The translations under genes were made by a program, and so were the position numbers. Positions 61,438-64,000 of a DNA stretch of 64,000 nt are shown here, piece after piece. Location: contig JACPAY010000004.1 in assembly GCA_016180575.1 (NCBI GenBank), positions 58,883-122,882 of the forward strand, given 5' to 3'. Each line of letters begins with the position of its first letter. The stretch's first letter is position 1. The notes beneath the pieces were generated by a model, which had not been told where the DNA came from, did no database searches, and saw only the letters and a list, made by a program, of their open reading frames with translations. This DNA comes from Candidatus Omnitrophota bacterium. Its GTDB lineage: Bacteria > Omnitrophota > Gorgyraeia > Aquiviventales > Aquiviventaceae.

Positions 61438-62424
61438 ATGGCGTTTGAGTCCCCGGAGGACATCCTCCGCCAGGGCAGCCAACTGATGCGCTGGCTGCCG
61501 AAGATGATCATCCCGGCGGCCGTGGTGGCGGCGGGCCTGTGGCTGGCGACCGGGTTCTACATGGTCGGCCCCGGCGAGGTCGGCGTGGTCCGTCAGTTCG
61601 GCAAGGAGGTGCGGCGCACCGAGCCGGGGCTGCGCTACCGCCTGCCGCTGCCCATCGAGCGGGTCAACATCGTCAACGTCGAGCGCATCCGGCGCGCGGA
61701 GGTCGGATTCCGGACGGAGGATCAGGTTGGCCGGTCGGGGCCGCGGCGCGTCTCCCAGGAGGCGCTCATGCTCACCGGCGACGAGAACATCGTCGAGGCG
61801 CAGCTCATCGTCCAGTACCAGGTGAAGGACCCCTCGCTCTACCTGTTTCGCGTGCACAATCCCGATGAGGTGCTGCGCACCTCCACCGAAGTCGCCCTGC
61901 GCAGCATGGTGGGCAACGCCACGATCGACGACCTCCTGACCGTCGGGCGGGAGAAGGTGCAGGTGGAGACGCGCGACTTCCTCCAGCGGCTGCTCGACGT
62001 CTACAGCACCGGGCTGCGGGTGACCGAGGTGCGCCTGCAGGTGGTCGATCCGCCCGACCAGGTCAAGGATGCGTTCCACGAAGTGGTGCGGGCGCGGGAG
62101 GACCGCGAGAAGCTCATCAACCAGGCCCAAGGCTATCAAGAGGACATCATTCCCAAGGCCCGCGGCCGCGCGCAGCAGATGATCCGCGAGGCCGAAGCGT
62201 TCCAGGAGGAGCGCGTCCTGCGCGCCCAGGGCGATGCGGCGCGCTTCGTGGCGCTCCTCGAGGAGTACCGCAAGGCCAAGGAGGTCACGCGCACGCGCCT
62301 CTACCTCGAGGCCCTGGAGCGGACCCTGCGGCCGATCAAGAAAATCATCATCGATCCGCGAGCGACGGGCGGGATCGCGCCGCTGCTGCCGCTTGCGCCC
62401 CTGCAGATCGGCGAGATCAAGTAA
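61438..62424 (+). CDS. hflK: FtsH protease modulator HflK (SPFH/band 7)
   Basis: RBS aaggagg is at 61425-61431. It has a TM anchor, an SPFH domain (VNVERIRRAEVGFR...LTGDENIVEAQLIVQY), and the paired hflC follows. Confidence 0.9.
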   Translation: MAFESPEDILRQGSQLMRWLPKMIIPAAVVAAGLWLATGFYMVGPGEVGVVRQFGKEVRRTEPGLRYRLPLPIERVNIVNVERIRRAEVGFRTEDQVGRSGPRRVSQEALMLTGDENIVEAQLIVQYQVKDPSLYLFRVHNPDEVLRTSTEVALRSMVGNATIDDLLTVGREKVQVETRDFLQRLLDVYSTGLRVTEVRLQVVDPPDQVKDAFHEVVRAREDREKLINQAQGYQEDIIPKARGRAQQMIREAEAFQEERVLRAQGDAARFVALLEEYRKAKEVTRTRLYLEALERTLRPIKKIIIDPRATGGIAPLLPLAPLQIGEIK

Positions 62425-62444
62425 CCGACGGGAGGAGATCCACG

Positions 62445-63320
62445 ATGCGATGGCTGCGGGCCCTGCTTCCCACCCTGCTGGTGCTGGCGATTCTGCTGGT
62501 GCCGCAGGTGTGCTTCCTCGTCAATGAAACCGACCACGTCATCATCACGCAGTTCGGCGAGTACAAGCGGACGGTCCAGCAGCCCGGGCTGTACTTCAAG
62601 CAGCCGGTCATCCAGACCGTGCACCGCTTTGAGCGGCGGATCCTCTCGAGCGACGCCACCCCCGCGGAATACCTCACCGTGGATAAGAAACGGATGGTGG
62701 TCGACCACGTCACCCGCTGGCGGATCACGGATCCGTTGATGTTCTTCAAGACGGTGCGCGACCTCTACGGCGCGAGGGCGCGGCTGGATGACGTCGTCTT
62801 CTCCGAGCTGCGCCGGGCCATCGCCGAGCGGGAATTCGCCAATCTCATTTCCTCGAAACGCGAGCCGGTGATGGAAGCGGTCGCCAAGAGCGCGGCCGCC
62901 CAAGCCAAGCAGTTCGGCATCGAGGTGGTCGACGTGCGGATCAAGCGCGCGGACCTTCCGCCGGAGGTTCAGCAGAGCGTCTTTGCCCGCATGGTGGCCG
63001 AGCGCGAGCGCATTGCCAAGCGCTACCGCTCGGAGGGGGAAGAGGAGGCGGCGAAGATCCGCGCCGAGACCGACAAGCAGCGCACGATCATCCTCGCCAA
63101 GGCCTACGAGGAGAGCCAGAAACTCCGGGGGGCCGGCGATGCACAGGCGACCCGCATCACCGCCGAGGCCTTCGGACAAGACGCGGAGTTCTACCGGTTC
63201 ACCCGCAGCCTGGAGGCCTACGAAGCGGTGCTGCCGCAGGAGGGTCAGATCATCCTCTCCTCCGAGTCGGAGCTGCTCCGCTACCTGCTCGCGGCCCCCG
63301 CCTCTTCCGGCTCCCGGTAA
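62445..63320 (+). CDS. hflC: FtsH protease modulator HflC
   Basis: The N-terminal anchor is followed by FLVNETDHVIITQFGEY...LTVDKKRMVVDHVTRWRI (SPFH domain). Confidence 0.9.
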   Translation: MRWLRALLPTLLVLAILLVPQVCFLVNETDHVIITQFGEYKRTVQQPGLYFKQPVIQTVHRFERRILSSDATPAEYLTVDKKRMVVDHVTRWRITDPLMFFKTVRDLYGARARLDDVVFSELRRAIAEREFANLISSKREPVMEAVAKSAAAQAKQFGIEVVDVRIKRADLPPEVQQSVFARMVAERERIAKRYRSEGEEEAAKIRAETDKQRTIILAKAYEESQKLRGAGDAQATRITAEAFGQDAEFYRFTRSLEAYEAVLPQEGQIILSSESELLRYLLAAPASSGSR

Positions 63321-63328
63321 TTGAACGG

Positions 63329-63454
63329 ATGCGTGACCCGGCAGATTGGGTCGTGCTCATCCTCGTGGGCGGCGTGCTGTCATTCTTCGCCTGCGTGGTC
63401 ATCAAGAGCCGCCAGGGAGAGCGGAAGAACCAGCAAGACAGCCATGATCGGTGA
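63329..63454 (+). CDS. possible 41-aa single-TM protein
   Basis: The translation is MRDPADWVVLILVGGVLSFFACVVIKSRQGERKNQQDSHDR. It is not in the ORF track because it is under 60 aa. Its position after hflC parallels small membrane genes found after hflKC in other bacteria. Confidence 0.3.
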   Translation: MRDPADWVVLILVGGVLSFFACVVIKSRQGERKNQQDSHDR

Positions 63455-63516
63455 CCTGATCTTGGCGAAGCGGGGCTGGCTGGAGTAAGCAGCTCCCATT
63501 GATGCCTGCCTGATTG

Positions 63517-64000
63517 ATGCGGATTACGCTTCGACTCATCCTTTCGCTGATCGTCACCTCCTCCGCGGTGGTCTTCATCTCCGCAGGCTACCAGGCCCGG
63601 CAGGAACGGGTGCGTCTGCAAGGGGAGCTCGAGCGACGGGCGGCGGTCCTGGCCGATACATTGCAGGAGCTCGCCGAACCCCTACTCGAGGGCGATGAGC
63701 GGTTGGGAGACCTGCAGCGGCTCGTCGATCGGTTCGGCAATCGGGAGCGGCTGGCCGGCATCGCGCTGTACGCCACAGATGGACAACCGCTCGCCTTCAC
63801 GCAGAGCCTCCCACAGCCATTCCGGACGTTGCCGCCGCTGGCGGAGGAGGCCATCCAGGCGGATGATGCCCGGAACGGCCTGCTTGAGGTCGGGCAGAAG
63901 CGCTGGCATGTGTTCGCGCTGCCCATGCGCCGCGAGGCCAGCCTCCTTGGGGCGCTGGTCCTGATCCACGATGCCAGCTACATCGAGACCCATGCCACCC
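63517..64000 (+). CDS. membrane-anchored protein, N-terminal part (3' end cut by window)
   Basis: The frame is open from ATG 63517 to the window end. The translation MRITLRLILSLIVTSSAVVFISAGYQ... is followed by a soluble, sensor-like domain. It is not in the ORF track because it has no stop codon. Confidence 0.4.
   Translation, partial: MRITLRLILSLIVTSSAVVFISAGYQARQERVRLQGELERRAAVLADTLQELAEPLLEGDERLGDLQRLVDRFGNRERLAGIALYATDGQPLAFTQSLPQPFRTLPPLAEEAIQADDARNGLLEVGQKRWHVFALPMRREASLLGALVLIHDASYIETHAT

Overview
High-GC bacterial chromosomal segment. All but one called CDS (nth) lie on the + strand. I found no rRNA, CRISPR array, transposase or integrase.

Gene content, left to right:
- 1-10.5 kb: lipid A / LPS-core cluster. 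It holds waaA (5'-truncated by the window edge), lpxK, an LpxL-ELM1 fusion, a GT4-GT9 fusion, a GT4, and three more GT9 heptosyltransferase-like genes.
- 10.5-18.2 kb: redox and housekeeping genes (VKOR-DsbA fusion, bcp, DUF4202, nth, PilZ, ACT, an MDR dehydrogenase, DUF47 plus PiT).
- 18.2-23.4 kb: a six-gene pseudopilin / PilX-like cluster with no ATPase, secretin or platform gene in view.
- 23.5-33.0 kb: core genes (Rrf2 regulator, 5-formyl-THF cyclo-ligase, rny, ymdB-like, xseA, xseB, ispA, dxs, gltX, PilZ).
- 33295-33368: tRNA-Gln(CUG), preceded by a duplicated 5' fragment of itself.
- About 33.4-61.3 kb: a visibly lower-GC accessory block.
- 61.4-64 kb: hflK, hflC, a small membrane ORF and a partial membrane protein, back at high GC.

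The accessory block contains:
- a leaderless MerR-type operon (MerR, SAM methyltransferase, MerT-HMA fusion, two Cys-rich proteins);
- an extracytoplasmic thiol/metal set (transglutaminase-like, EHGG-repeat protein, TlpA-like, DUF255 thioredoxin);
- an ECF sigma / anti-sigma pair;
- a GT-C-like membrane protein, a GT2, and a GT2-DUF2064 fusion;
- an 829-aa radical-SAM / degenerate-SPASM / full-length-ArsM fusion;
- a TVP38 protein plus an FAD disulfide reductase, a broken DUF547 gene, GH1, a DsrE-like protein and a second PiT;
- a histidine kinase plus NtrC-type activator, followed by a sigma-54-promoted amidase / peptidoglycan-binding lipoprotein operon.

The strongest candidate for an undescribed system is the GT2 / GT2-DUF2064 / rSAM-ArsM / TVP38 / FAD-reductase cluster at 43.3-50.8 kb. 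I read it as a variant organoarsenical (arsenosugar-like) biosynthesis module.

Other oddities:
- a perfect 59-bp tandem duplication that frameshifts the LpxL-ELM1 gene;
- opposed heptamer arrays forming a hairpin over a GT9 start codon;
- a 33-nt palindrome inserted in frame in two unrelated genes;
- several palindromic intergenic element families;
- a GTCACA/TGTGAC octamer array;
- widespread leaderless promoter geometry.

All family assignments come from reading the translated ORFs. No database search was run.
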